Below the pieces are notes generated by a model, which saw only the letters and a list, made by a program, of their open reading frames with translations, had not been told where the DNA came from and did not search any database. A stretch of DNA of 64,000 nucleotides from Auanema rhodensis (Eukaryota; Animalia; Nematoda). The DNA is taken from positions 20,336,001 to 20,400,000 of the forward strand of contig OZ059900.1 in NCBI GenBank assembly GCA_964057225.1, read 5' to 3'. Each line of letters opens with the position of its first letter. Within the stretch, counting starts at the first letter, position 1. The translations under genes and the position numbers were made by a program. Shown piece by piece: positions 12,301 to 26,900 of this stretch.

Positions 12301-15300
12301 ATATGAGTCGTCAAATGCAACGAATTTCAGCGTGTTACATACTAAAATGAAACATTTTACATGCTGAACACTAGAAAAAGACAAAAACACAGTATTTCCC
12401 ATGAGAAATATTTTATTATGCTGGAAAACCAGTTTTTGGAAATTTCGCTGTAAACAAGGTTTTGACTTACGATTTCATGTGTTCAAACTCATGCAATGTC
12501 AATGAAGCCTAGCTCAAAATTGTTCGTACAACGTCTAGTTCCACTTTCACGACAAAAAAACAAGGGTTAGAAAATTAAGGAAATTAGCATATTCTGAGGG
12601 CACGCCCCTTATGGCTAATATTGATTAAATCGATTTTTGTTCATATGAGTCGTCAAATGCAACGAATTTCAGCGTGTTACATACTAAAATGAAGCATTTT
12701 ACATGCTGAACACTAGAAAAATAAAAAAACACAGTATTTCCCATGAGAAATATTTTATTATGCTGGAAAACCAGTTTTTGGAAATTTCGCTGTAAACAAG
12801 GTTTTGACTTACGATTTCATGTGTTCAAACTCATGCAATGTCAATGAAACCTAGCTCAAAATTGTTCGTACAACGTCTAGTTCCACTTCGACGACAAAAA
12901 AACAGGGGTTAGAAAATTAAGGAAATTAGCATATTCTGAGGGCACGCCCCTTATGGCTAATATTGATTAAATCGATTTTTGTTCATATGAGTCGTCAAAT
13001 GCAACCAATTTCAGCGTGTTACATACTAAAATGAAGCATTTTGCATGCTGAACACTAGAAAAATACAAAAACACAGTATTTCCCATGAGAAATATTTTAT
13101 TATGCTGGAAAACCAGTTTTTGAAAATTTCGCTGTAAACAAGGTTTTGACTTACGATTTCATGTGTTCAAACTCATGCAATGTCAATGAAACCTAGCTCA
13201 AAATTGTTCGTACAACGTCTAGTTCCACTTTCACGATAAAAAAACAGGGGTTAGAAAATTAGGGAAATTAGCATATTCTGAGGGCACGCCCCTTATGGCT
13301 AATATTGATTAAATCGATTTTTGTTCATATGAATCGTCAAATGCAACGAATTTCAGCGTGTTACATACTAAAATGAAGCATTTTACATGCTGAACACTAA
13401 AAAAATACAAAAACACAGTATTTCCCATGAGAAATATTTTATTATGCTGGAAAACCAGTTTTTGGAAATTTCGCTGTAAGCAAGGTTTTGACTTACGATT
13501 TCATGTGTTCAAACTCATGCAATGTCAATGAAACCTAGCTCAAAATTGTTCGTACAACGTCTAGTTCCACTTTCACGACAAAAAAACAGGGGTTAGAAAA
13601 TTAGGGAAATTAGCATATTCTGAGGGCACGCCCCTTATGGCTAATATTGATTAAATCGATTTTTGTTCATATGAGTCGTCAAATGCAACGAATTTCAGCG
13701 TGTTACATACTAAAATGAAGCATTTTACATGCTGAACACTAGAAAAAAACAAAAACACAGTATTTCCCATGAGAAATATTTTATTATGCTGGAAAACCAG
13801 TTTTTGGAAATTTCGCTGTAAACAAGGTTTTGACTTACGATTTCATGTGTTCAAACTCATGCAATGTCAATGAAACCTAGCTCAAAATTGTTCGTACAAC
13901 GTCTAGTTCCACTTTCACGACAAAAAAACAGGGGTTAGAAAATTAAGGAAATTAGCATATTCTGAGGGCACGCCCCTTATGGCTAATATTGATTAAATCG
14001 ATTTTTGTTCATATGAGTCGTCAAATGCAACGAATTTCAGCGTGTTACATACTAAAATGAAGCATTTTACATGCTGAACACTAGAAAAATACAAAAACAC
14101 AGTATTTCCCATGAGAAATATTTTATTATGCTGGAAAACCAGTTTTTGGAAATTTCGCTGTAAACAAGGTTTTGACTTACGATTTCATGTGTTCAAACTC
14201 ATGCAATGTCAATGAAACCTAGCTCAAAATTGTTCGTACAACGTCTAGTTCCACTTTCACGACAAAAAAACAAGGGTTAGAAAATTAGGGAAATTAGCAT
14301 ATTCTGAGGGCACGCCCCTTATGGCTAATATTGATTAAATCGATTTTTGTTCATATGAGTCGTCAAATGCAACGAATTTCAGCGTGTTACATACTAAAAT
14401 GAAGCATTTTACATGCTGAACACTAAAAAAATACAAAAACACAGTATTTCCCATGAGAAATATTTTATTATGCTGGAAAACCAGTTTTTGGAAATTTCGC
14501 TGTAAACAAGGTTTTGACTTACGATTTCATGTGTTCAAACTCATGCAATGTCAATGAAACCTAGCTCAAAATTGTTCGTACAACGTCTAGTTCCACTTTC
14601 ACGACTAAAAACAGGGGTTAGAAAATTAAGGAAATTAGCATATTCTGAGGGCACGCCCCTTATGGCTAATATTGATTAAATCGATTTTTGTTCATATGAG
14701 TCGTCAAATGCAACGAATTTCAACGTGTTACATACTAAAATGAAGCATTTTACATGCTGAACACTAGAAAAATACAAAAACACAGTATTTCCCATGAGAA
14801 ATATTTTATTATGCTGGAAAACCAGTTTTTGGAAATTTCGCTGTAAACAAGGTTTTGACTTACGATTTCATGTGTTCAAACTCATGCAATGTCAATGAAA
14901 CCTAGCTCAAAATTGTTCGTACAACGTCTAGTTCCACTTTCACGACAAAAAAACAGGGGTTAGAAAATTAGGGAAATTAGCATATTCTGAGGGCACGCCC
15001 CTTATGGCTAGTATTGATTAAATCGATTTTTGTTCATATGAGTCGTCAAATGCAACGAATTTCAGCGTGTTACATACTAAAATGAAACATTTTACATGCT
15101 GAACACTAGAAAAATACAAAAACACAGTATTTCCCATGAGAAATATTTTATTATGCTGGAAAACCAGTTTTTGGAAATTTCGCTGTAAACAAGGTTTTGA
15201 CTTACGATTTCATGTGTTCAAACTCATGCAATGTCAATGAAACCTAGCTCAAAATTGTTTGTACAACGTCTAGTTCCACTTTCACGACAAAAAAAACAGG

Positions 15301-18300
15301 GGTTAGAAAATTAGGGAAATTAGCATATTCTGAGGGCACGCCCCTTATGGCTAATATTGATTAAATCGATTTTTGTTCATATGAGTCGTCAAATGCAACG
15401 AGTTTCAGCGTGTTACATACTAAAATGAAACATTTTACATGCTGAACACTAGAAAAATACAAAAACACAGTATTTCCCATGAGAAATATTTTATTATGCT
15501 GGAAAACCAGTTTTTGGAAATTTCGCTGTAAACAAGGTTTTGACTTACGATTTCATGTGTTCAAACTCATGCAATGTCAATGAAACCTAGCTCAAAATTG
15601 TTTGTACAACGTCTAGTTCCACTTTCACGACAAAAAAACAAGGGTTAGAAAATTAGGGAAATTAGCATATTCTGAGGGCACGCCCCTTATGGCTAATATT
15701 GATTAAATCGATTTTTGTTCATATGAGTCGTCAAATGCAACGAATTTCAGCGTGTTACATACTAAAATGAAGCATTTTACATGCTGAACACTAAAAAAAT
15801 ACAAAAACACAGTATTTCCCATGAGAAATATTTTATTATGCTGGAAAACCAGTTTTTGGAAATTTCGCTGTAAACAAGGTTTTGACTTACGATTTCATGT
15901 GTTCAAACTCATGCAATGTCAATGAAACCTAGCTCAAAATTGTTCGTACAACGTCTAGTTCCACTTTCACGACAAAAAACAGGGGTTAGAAAATTAAGGA
16001 AATTAGCATATTCTGAGGACATTATGGCTAATATTGATTAAATCGATTTTTGTTCATATGAGTCGTCAAATGCAACGAATTTCAACGTGTTACATACTAA
16101 AATGAAGCATTTTACATGCTGAACACTAGAAAAATACAAAAACACAGTATTTCCCATGAGAAATATTTTATTATGCTGGAAAACCAGTTTTTGGAAATTT
16201 CGCTGTAAACAAGGTTTTGACTTACGATTTCATGTGTTCAAACTCATGCAATGTCAATGAAACCTAGCTCAAAATTGTTCGTACAACGTCTAGTTCCACT
16301 TTCACGACAAAAAAACAGGGGTTAGAAAATTAGGGAAATTAGCATATTCTGAGGGCACGCCCCTTATGGCTAGTATTGATTAAATCGATTTTTGTTCATA
16401 TGAGTCGTCAAATGCAACGAATTTCAGCGTGTTACATACTAAAATGAAACATTTTACATGCTGAACACTAGAAAAATACAAAAACACAGTATTTCCCATG
16501 AGAAATATTTTATTATGCTGGAAAACCAGTTTTTGGAAATTTCGCTGTAAACAAGGTTTTGACTTACGATTTCATGTGTTCAAACTCATGCAATGTCAAT
16601 GAAACCTAGCTCAAAATTGTTTGTACAACGTCTAGTTCCACTTTCACGACAAAAAAACAGGGGTTAGAAAATTAGGGAAATTAGCATATTCTGAGGGCAC
16701 GCCCCTTATGGCTAATATTGATTAAATCGATTTTTGTTCATATGAGTCGTCAAATGCAACGAGTTTCAGCGTGTTACATACTAAAATGAAGCATTTTACA
16801 TGCTGAACACTAGAAAAATACAAAAACACAGTATTTCCCATGAGAAATATTTTATTATGCTGGAAAACCAGTTTTTGGAAATTTCGCTGTAAACAAGGTT
16901 TTGACTTACGATTTCATGTGTTCAAACTCATGCAATGTCAATGAAACCTAGCTCAAAATTGTTCGTACAACGTCTAGTTCCACTTTCACGACAAAAAAAC
17001 AAGGGTTAGAAAATTAGGGAAATTAGCATATTCTGAGGGCACGCCCCTTATGGCTAATATTGATTAAATCGATTTTTGTTCATATGAGTCGTCAAATGCA
17101 ACGAATTTCAGCGTGTTACATACTAAAATGAAGCATTTTACATGCTGAACACTAAAAAAATACAAAAACACAGTATTTCCCATGAGAAATATTTTATTAT
17201 GCTGGAAAACCAGTTTTTGGAAATTTCGCTGTAAACAAGGTTTTGACTTACGATTTCATGTGTTCAAACTCATGCAATGTCAATGAAACCTAGCTCAAAA
17301 TTGTTCGTACAACGTCTAGTTCCACTTTCACGACAAAAAACAGGGGTTAGAAAATTAAGGAAATTAGCATATTCTGAGGGCACGCCCCTTATGGCTAATA
17401 TTGATTAAATCGATTTTTGTTCATATGAGTCGTCAAATGCAACGAATTTCAACGTGTTACATACTAAAATGAAGCATTTTACATGCTGAACACTAGAAAA
17501 ATACAAAAACACAGTATTTCCCATGAGAAATATTTTATTATGCTGGAAAACCAGTTTTTGGAAATTTCGCTGTAAACAAGGTTTTGACTTACGATTTCAT
17601 GTGTTCAAACTCATGCAATGTCAATGAAACCTAGCTCAAAATTGTTCGTACAACGTCTAGTTCCACTTTCACGACAAAAAAACAGGGGTTAGAAAATTAG
17701 GGAAATTAGCATATTCTGAGGGCACGCCCCTTATGGCTAGTATTGATTAAATCGATTTTTGTTCATATGAGTCGTCAAATGCAACGAATTTCAGCGTGTT
17801 ACATACTAAAATGAAGCATTTTACATGCTGAACACTAGAAAAATACAAAAACACAGTATTTCCCATGAGAAATATTTTATTATGCTGGAAAACCAGTTTT
17901 TGGAAATTTCGCTGTAAACAAGGTTTTGACTTACGATTTCATGTGTTCAAACTCATGCAATGTCAATGAAACCTAGCTCAAAATTGTTCGTACAACGTCT
18001 AGTTCCACTTTCACGACAAAAAAACAAGGGTTAGAAAATTAGGGAAATTAGCATATTCTGAGGGCACGCCCCTTATGGCTAATATTGATTAAATCGATTT
18101 TTGTTCATATGAGTCGTCAAATGCAACGAATTTCAGCGTGTTACATACTAAAATGAAGCATTTTACATGCTGAACACTAAAAAAATACAAAAACACAGTA
18201 TTTCCCATGAGAAATATTTTATTATGCTGGAAAACCAGTTTTTGGAAATTTCGCTGTAAACAAGGTTTTGACTTACGATTTCATGTGTTCAAACTCATGC

Positions 18301-20900
18301 AATGTCAATGAAACCTAGCTCAAAATTGTTCGTACAACGTCTAGTTCCACTTTCACGACAAAAAACAGGGGTTAGAAAATTAAGGAAATTAGCATATTCT
18401 GAGGGCACGCCCCTTATGGCTAATATTGATTAAATCGATTTTTGTTCATATGAGTCGTCAAATGCAACGAATTTCAACGTGTTACATACTAAAATGAAGC
18501 ATTTTACATGCTGAACACTAGAAAAATACAAAAACACAGTATTTCCCATGAGAAATATTTTATTATGCTGGAAAACCAGTTTTTGGAAATTTCGCTGTAA
18601 ACAAGGTTTTGACTTACGATTTCATGTGTTCAAACTCATGCAATGTCAATGAAACCTAGCTCAAAATTGTTCGTACAACGTCTAGTTCCACTTTCACGAC
18701 AAAAAAACAGGGGTTAGAAAATTAGGGAAATTAGCATATTCTGAGGGCACGCCCCTTATGGCTAGTATTGATTAAATCGATTTTTGTTCATATGAGTCGT
18801 CAAATGCAACGAATTTCAGCGTGTTACATACTAAAATGAAGCATTTTACATGCTGAACACTAGAAAAATACAAAAACACAGTATTTCCCATGAGAAATAT
18901 TTTATTATGCTGGAAAACCAGTTTTTGGAAATTTCGCTGTAAACAAGGTTTTGACTTACGATTTCATGTGTTCAAACTCATGCAATGTCAATGAAACCTA
19001 GCTCAAAATTGTTCGTACAACGTCTAGTTCCACTTTCACGACAAAAAAACAGGGGTTAGAAAATTAAGGAAATTAGCATATTCTGAGGGCACGCCCCTTA
19101 TGGCTAATATTGATTAAATCGATTTTTGTTCATATGAGTCGTCAAATGCAACGAATTTCAGCGTGTTACATACTAAAATGAAGCATTTTACATGCTGAAC
19201 ACTAGAAAAATACAAAAACACAGTATTTCCCATGAGAAATATTTTATTATGCTGGAAAACCAGTTTTTGGAAATTTCGCTGTAAACAAGGTTTTGACTTA
19301 CGATTTCATGTGTTCAAACTCATGCAATGTCAATAAAACCTAGCTCAAAATTGTTCGTACAACGTCTAGTTCCACTTTCACGACAAAAAACAGGGGTTAG
19401 AAAATTAAGGAAATTAGCATATTCTGAGGGCACGCCCCTTATGGCTAATATTGATTAAATCGATTTTTGTTCATATGAGTCGTCAAATGCAACGAATTTC
19501 AACGTGTTACATACTAAAATGAAGCATTTTACATGCTGAACACTAGAAAAATACAAAAACACAGTATTTCCCATGAGAAATATTTTATTATGCTGGAAAA
19601 CCAGTTTTTGGAAATTTCGCTGTAAACAAGGTTTTGACTTACGATTTCATGTGTTCAAACTCATGCAATGTCAATGAAACCTAGCTCAAAATTGTTCGTA
19701 CAACGTCTAGTTCCACTTTCACGACAAAAAAACAGGGGTTAGAAAATTAGGGAAATTAGCATATTCTGAGGGCACGCCCCTTATGGCTAGTATTGATTAA
19801 ATCGATTTTTGTTCATATGAGTCGTCAAATGCAACGAATTTCAGCGTGTTACATACTAAAATGAAACATTTTACATGCTGAACACTAGAAAAATACAAAA
19901 ACACAGTATTTCCCATGAGAAATATTTTATTATGCTGGAAAACCAGTTTTTGGAAATTTCGCTGTAAACAAGGTTTTGACTTACGATTTCATGTGTTCAA
20001 ACTCATGCAATGTCAATGAAACCTAGCTCAAAATTGTTTGTACAACGTCTAGTTCCACTTTCACGACAAAAAAAACAGGGGTTAGAAAATTAAGGAAATT
20101 AGCATATTCTGAGGGCACGCCCCTTATGGCTAATATTGATTAAATCGATTTTTGTTCATATGAGTCGTCAAATGCAACGAATTCCAACGTGTTACATACT
20201 AAAATGAAGCATTTTACATGCTGAACACTAGAAAAATACAAAAACACAGTATTTCCCATGAGAAATATTTTATTATGCTGGAAAACCAGTTTTTGGAAAT
20301 TTCGCTGTAAACAAGGTTTTGACTTACGATTTCATGTGTTCAAACTCATGCAATGTCAATGAAACCTAGCTCAAAATTGTTCGTACAACGTCTAGTTCCA
20401 CTTTCACGACAAAAAAACAGGGGTTAGAAAATTAGGGAAATTAGCATATTCTGAGGGCACGCCCCTTATGGCTAGTATTGATTAAATCGATTTTTGTTCA
20501 TATGAGTCGTCAAATGCAACGAATTTCAGCGTGTTACATACTAAAATGAAACATTTTACATGCTGAACACTAGAAAAATACAAAAACACAGTATTTCCCA
20601 TGAGAAATATTTTATTATGCTGGAAAACCAGTTTTTGGAAATTTCGCTGTAAACAAGGTTTTGACTTACGATTTCATGTGTTCAAACTCATGCAATGTCA
20701 ATGAAACCTAGCTCAAAATTGTTTGTACAACGTCTACTTCCACTTTCACGACAAAAAAAACAGGGGTTAGAAAATTAGGGAAATTAGCATATTCTGAGGG
20801 CACGCCCCTTATGGCTAATATTGATTAAATCGATTTTTGTTCATATGAGTCGTCAAATGCAACGAGTTTCAGCGTGTTACATACTAAAATGAAGCATTTT
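1..20900 (+). repeat. Left-domain higher-order cassette (3-5 monomers, ~1.0-1.7 kb) recurring irregularly
   Basis: The ordered variant series [caaggg+ttaggg] > [ctaaaaaaa + A6 tract] > [tttcaacg + ctagtatt] > [tttgtac + A8 tract, often gaaacat] > [gagtttc] is seen, fully or in part, starting near 1, 3079, 6499, 14022, 15390, 16751, 17776 and 19143. Confidence 0.8.
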
Positions 20901-23900
20901 ACATGCTGAACACTAGAAAAATACAAAAACACAGTATTTCCCATGAGAAATATTTTATTATGCTGGAAAACCAGTTTTTGGAAATTTCGCTGTAAACAAG
21001 GTTTTGACTTACGATTTCATGTGTTCAAACTCATGCAATGTCAATGAAACCTAGCTCAAAATTGTTCGTACAACGTCTAGTTCCACTTTCACGACAAAAA
21101 AACAGGGGTTAGAAAATTAAGGAAATTAGCATATTCTGAGGGCACGCCCCTTATGGCTAATATTGATTAAATCGATTTTTGTTCATATGAGTCGTCAAAT
21201 GCAACGAATTTCAGCGTGTTACATACTAAAATGAAGCATTTTACATGCTGAACACTAGAAAATTACAAAAACACAGTATTTCCCATGAGAAATATTTTAT
21301 TATGCTGGAAAACCAGTTTTTGGAAATTTCGCTGTAAACAAGGTTTTGACTTACGATTTCATGTGTTCAAACTCATGCAATGTCAATGAAACCTAGCTCA
21401 AAATTGTTCGTACAACGTCTAGTTCCACTTTCACGACAAAAAAACAGGGGTTAGAAAATTAGGGAAATTAGCATATTCTGAGCGCACGCCCCTTATGGCT
21501 AATATTGATTAAATCGATTTTTGTTCATATGAGTCGTCAAATGCAACGAATTTCAGCCTGTTACATACTAAAATGAAGCATTTTACATGCTGAACACTAG
21601 AAAAATACAAAAACACAGTATTTCCCATGAGAAATATTTTATTATGCTGGAAAACCAGTTTTTGGAAATTTCGCTGTAAACAAGGTTTTGACTTACGATT
21701 TCATGTGTTCAAACTCATGCAATGTCAAAGAAACCTAGCTCAAAATTGTTCGTACAACGTCTAGTTCCACTTTCACGACAAAAAAACAGGGGTTAGAAAA
21801 TTAAGGAAATTAGCATATTCTGAGGGCACGCCCCTTATGGCTAATATTGATTAAAACGATTTTTGTTCATATGAGTCGTCAAATGCATGAATTTCAGCGT
21901 GTTACATACTAAAATGAAGCATTTTACATGCTGAACACTAGAAAAATACAAAAACACAGTATTTCCCATGAGAAATATTTTATTATGCTGGAAAACCAGT
22001 TTTTGGAAATTTCGCTGTAAACAAGGTTTTGACTTACGATTTCATGTGTTCAAACTCATGCAATGTCAATGAAACCTAGCTCAAAATTGTTCGTACAACG
22101 TCTAGTTCCACTTTCACGACAAAAAAACAGGGGTTAGAAAATTAAGGAAATTAGCATATTCTGAGGGCACGCCCCTTATGGCTAGTATTGATTAAATCGA
22201 TTTTTGTTCATATGAGTCGTCAAATGCAACGAATTTCAGCGTGTTACATACTAAAATGAACCATTTTACATGCTGAACACTAGAAAAATACAAAAACACA
22301 GTATTTCCCATGAGAAATATTTTATTATGCTGGAAAACCAGTTTTTGGAAATTTCGCTGTAAACAAGGTTTTGACTTACGATTTCATGTGTTCAAACTCA
22401 TGCAATGTCAAAGAAACCTAGCTCAAAATTGTTCGTACAACGTCTAGTTCCACTTTCACGACAAAAAAACAGGGGTTAGAAAATTAAGGAAATTAGCATA
22501 TTCTGAGGGCACGCCCCTTATGGCTAATATTGATTAAAACGATTTTTGTTCATATGAGTCGTCAAATGCAACGAATTTCAGCGTGTTACATACTAAAATG
22601 AAGCATTTTACATGCTGAACACTAGAAAAATACAAAAACACAGTATTTCCCATGAGAAATATTTTATTATGCTGGAAAACCAGTTTTTGGAAATTTCGCT
22701 GTAAACAAGGTTTTGACTTACGATTTCATGTGTTCAAACTCATGCAATGTCAATGAAACCTAGCTCAAAATTGTTCGTACAACGTCTAGTTCCACTTTCA
22801 CGACAAAAAAACAGGGGTTAGAAAATTAAGGAAATTAGCATATTCTGAGGGCACGCCCCTTATGGCTAGTATTGATTAAATCGATTTTTGTTCATATGAG
22901 TCGTCAAATGCAACGAATTTCAGCGTGTTACATACTAAAATGAACCATTTTACATGCTGAACACTAGAAAAATACAAAAACACAGTATTTCCCATGAGAA
23001 ATATTTTATTATGCTGGAAAACCAGTTTTTGGAAATTTCGCTGTAAACAAGGTTTTGACTTACGATTTCATGTGTTCAAACTCATGCAATGTTAATGAAA
23101 CCTAGCTCAAAATTGTTCGTACAACGTCTAGTTCCACTTTCACGACAAAAAAACAGGGGTTAGAAAATTAGGGAAATTAGCATATTCTGAGGGCACGCCC
23201 CTTATGGCTAGTATTGATTAAATCGATTTTTGTTCATATGAGTCGTCAAATGCAACGAATTTCAGCGTGTTACATACTAAAATGAAGCATTTTACATGCT
23301 GAACACTAGAAAAATACAAAAACACAGTATTTCCCATGAGAAATATTTTATTATGCTGGAAAACCAGTTTTTGGAAATTTCGCTGTAAACAAGGTTTTGA
23401 CTTACGATTTCATGTGTTCAAACTCATGCAATGTCAATGAAACCTAGCTCAAAATTGTTCGTACAACGTCTAGTTCCACTTTCACGACAAAAAAACAGGG
23501 GTTAGAAAATTAAGGAAATTAGCATATTCTGAGGGCACGCCCCTTATGGCTAATATTGATTAAATCGATTTTTGTTCATATGAGTCGTCAAATGCAACGA
23601 ATTTCAGCGTGTTACATACTAAAATGAAGCATTTTACATGCTGAACACTAGAAAATTACAAAAACACAGTATTTCCCATGAGAAATATTTTATTATGCTG
23701 GAAAACCAGTTTTTGGAAATTTCGCTGTAAACAAGGTTTTGACTTACGATTTCATGTGTTCAAACTCATGCAATGTCAATGAAACCTAGCTCAAAATTGT
23801 TCGTACAACGTCTAGTTCCACTTTCACGACAAAAAAACAGGGGTTAGAAAATTAGGGAAATTAGCATATTCTGAGCGCACGCCCCTTATGGCTAATATTG

Positions 23901-26900
23901 ATTAAATCGATTTTTGTTCATATGAGTCGTCAAATGCAACGAATTTCAGCGTGTTACATACTAAAATGAAGCATTTTACATGCTGAACACTAGAAAAATA
24001 CAAAAACACAGTATTTCCCATGAGAAATATTTTATTATGCTGGAAAACCAGTTTTTGGAAATTTCGCTGTAAACAAGGTTTTGACTTACGATTTCATGTG
24101 TTCAAACTCATGCAATGTCAATGAAACCTAGCTCAAAATTGTTCGTACAACGTCTAGTTCCACTTTCACGACAAAAAAACAGGGGTTAGAAAATTAAGGA
24201 AATTAGCATATTCTGAGGGCACGCCCCTTATGGCTAATATTGATTAAATCGATTTTTGTTCATATGAGTCGTCAAATGCAACGAATTTCAGCGTGTTACA
24301 TACTAAAATGAAGCATTTTACATGCTGAACACTAGAAAAATACAAAAACACAGTATTTCCCATGAGAAATATTTTATTATGCTGGAAAACCAGTTTTTGG
24401 AAATTTCGCTGTAAACAAGGTTTTGACTTACGATTTCATGTGTTCAAACTCATGCAATGTCAATGAAACCTAGCTCAAAATTGTTCGTACAACGTCTAGT
24501 TCCACTTTCACGACAAAAAAACAGGGGTTAGAAAATTAAGGAAATTAGCATATTCTGAGGGCACGCCCCTTATGGCTAGTATTGATTAAATCGATTTTTG
24601 TTCATATGAGTCGTCAAATGCAACGAATTTCAGCGTGTTACATACTAAAATGAACCATTTTACATGCTGAACACTAGAAAAATACAAAAACACAGTATTT
24701 CCCATGAGAAATATTTTATTATGCCTGAAAACCAGTTTTTGGAAATTTCGCTGTAAACAAGGTTTTGACTTACGATTTCATGTGTTCAAACTCATGCAAT
24801 GTTAATGAAACCTAGCTCAAAATTGTTCGTACAACGTCTAGTTCCACTTTCACGACAAAAAAACAGGGGTTAGAAAATTAGGGAAATTAGCATATTCTGA
24901 GGGCACGCCCCTTATGGCTAGTATTGATTAAATCGATTTTTGTTCATATGAGTCGTCAAATGCAACGAATTTCAGCGTGTTACATACTAAAATGAAGCAT
25001 TTTACATGCTGAACACTAGAAAAATACAAAAACACAGTATTTCCCATGAGAAATATTTTATTATGCTGGAAAACCAGTTTTTGGAAATTTCGCTGTAAAC
25101 AAGGTTTTGACTTACGATTTCATGTGTTCAAACTCATGCAATGTCAATGAAACCTAGCTCAAAATTGTTCGTACAACGTCTAGTTCCACTTTCACGACAA
25201 AAAAACAGGGGTTAGAAAATTAGGGAAATTAGCATATTCTGAGGGCACGCCCCTTATGGCTAATATTGATTAAATCGATTTTTGTTCATATGAGTCGTCA
25301 AATGCAACGAATTTCAGCGTGTTACATACTAAAATGACGCATTTTACATGCTGAACACTAGAAAAATACAAAAACACAGTATTTCCCATGAGAAATATTT
25401 TATTATGCTGGAAAACCAGTTTTTGGAAATTTCGCTGTAAACAAGGTTTTGACTTACGATTTCATGTGTTCAAACTCATGCAATGTCAATGAAACCTAGC
25501 TCAAAATCGTTCGTACAACGTCTAGTTCCACTTTCACGACAAAAAAACAGGGGTTAGAAAATTAGGGAAATTAGCATATTCTGAGGGCACGCCCCTTATG
25601 GCTAATATTGATTAAATCGATTTTTGTTCATATGAGTCGTCAAATGCAACGAATTTCAGCGTGTTACATACTAAAATGACGCATTTTACATGCTGAACAC
25701 TAGAAAAATACAAAAACACAGTATTTCCCATGAGAAATATTTTATTATGCTGGAAAACCAGTTTTTGGAAATTTCGCTGTAAACAAGGTTTTGACTTACG
25801 ATTTCATGTGTTCAAACTCATGCAATGTCAATGAAACCTAGCTCAAAATTGTTCGTACAACGTCTAGTTCCACTTTCACGACAAAAAAACAGGGGTTAGA
25901 AAATTAAGGAAATTAGCATATTCTGAGGGCACGCCCCTTATGGCTAATATTGATTAAATCGATTTTTGTTCATATGAGTCGTCAAATGCAACGAATTTCA
26001 GCGTGTTACATACTAAAATGAAGCATTTTACATGCTGAACACTAGAAAAATACAAAAACACAGTATTTCCCATGAGAAATATTTTATTATGCTGGAAAAC
26101 CAGTTTTTGGAAATTTCGCTGTAAACAAGGTTTTGACTTACGATTTCATGTGTTCAAACTCATGCAATGTCAATGAAACCTAGCTCAAAATTGTTCGTAC
26201 AACGTCTAGTTCCACTTTCACGACAAAAAAACAGGGGTTAGAAAATTAAGGAAATTAGCATATTCTAAGGGCACGCCCCTTATGGCTAATATTGATTAAA
26301 TCGATTTTTGTTCATATGAGTCGTCAAATGCAACGAATTTCAGCGTGTTACATACTAAAATGAAGCATTTTACATGCTGAACACTAGAAAAATACAAAAA
26401 CACAGTATTTCCCATGAGAAATATTTTATTATGCTGGAAAACCAGTTTTTGGAAATTTCGCTGTAAACAAGGTTTTGACTTACGATTTCATGTGTTCAAA
26501 CTCATGTAATGTCAATGAAACCTAGCTCAAAATTGTTCGTACAACGTCCAGTTCCACTTTCACGACAAAAAAACAGGGGTTAGAAAATTAGGGAAATTAG
26601 CATATTCTGAGGGCACGCCCCTTATGGCTAATATTGATTAAATCGATTTTTGTTCATATGAGTCGTCAAATGCAACAAATTTCAGCGTGTTACATACTAA
26701 AATGAAGCATTTTACATGCTGAACACTAAAAAAATACAAAAACACAGTATTTCCCATGAGAAATATTTTATTATGCTGGAAAACCAGTTTTTGGAAATTT
26801 CGCTGTAAACAAGGTTTTGACTTACGATTTCATGTGTTCAAACTCATGCAATGTCAATGAAACCTAGCTCAAAATTGTTCGTACAACGTCTAGTTCCACT

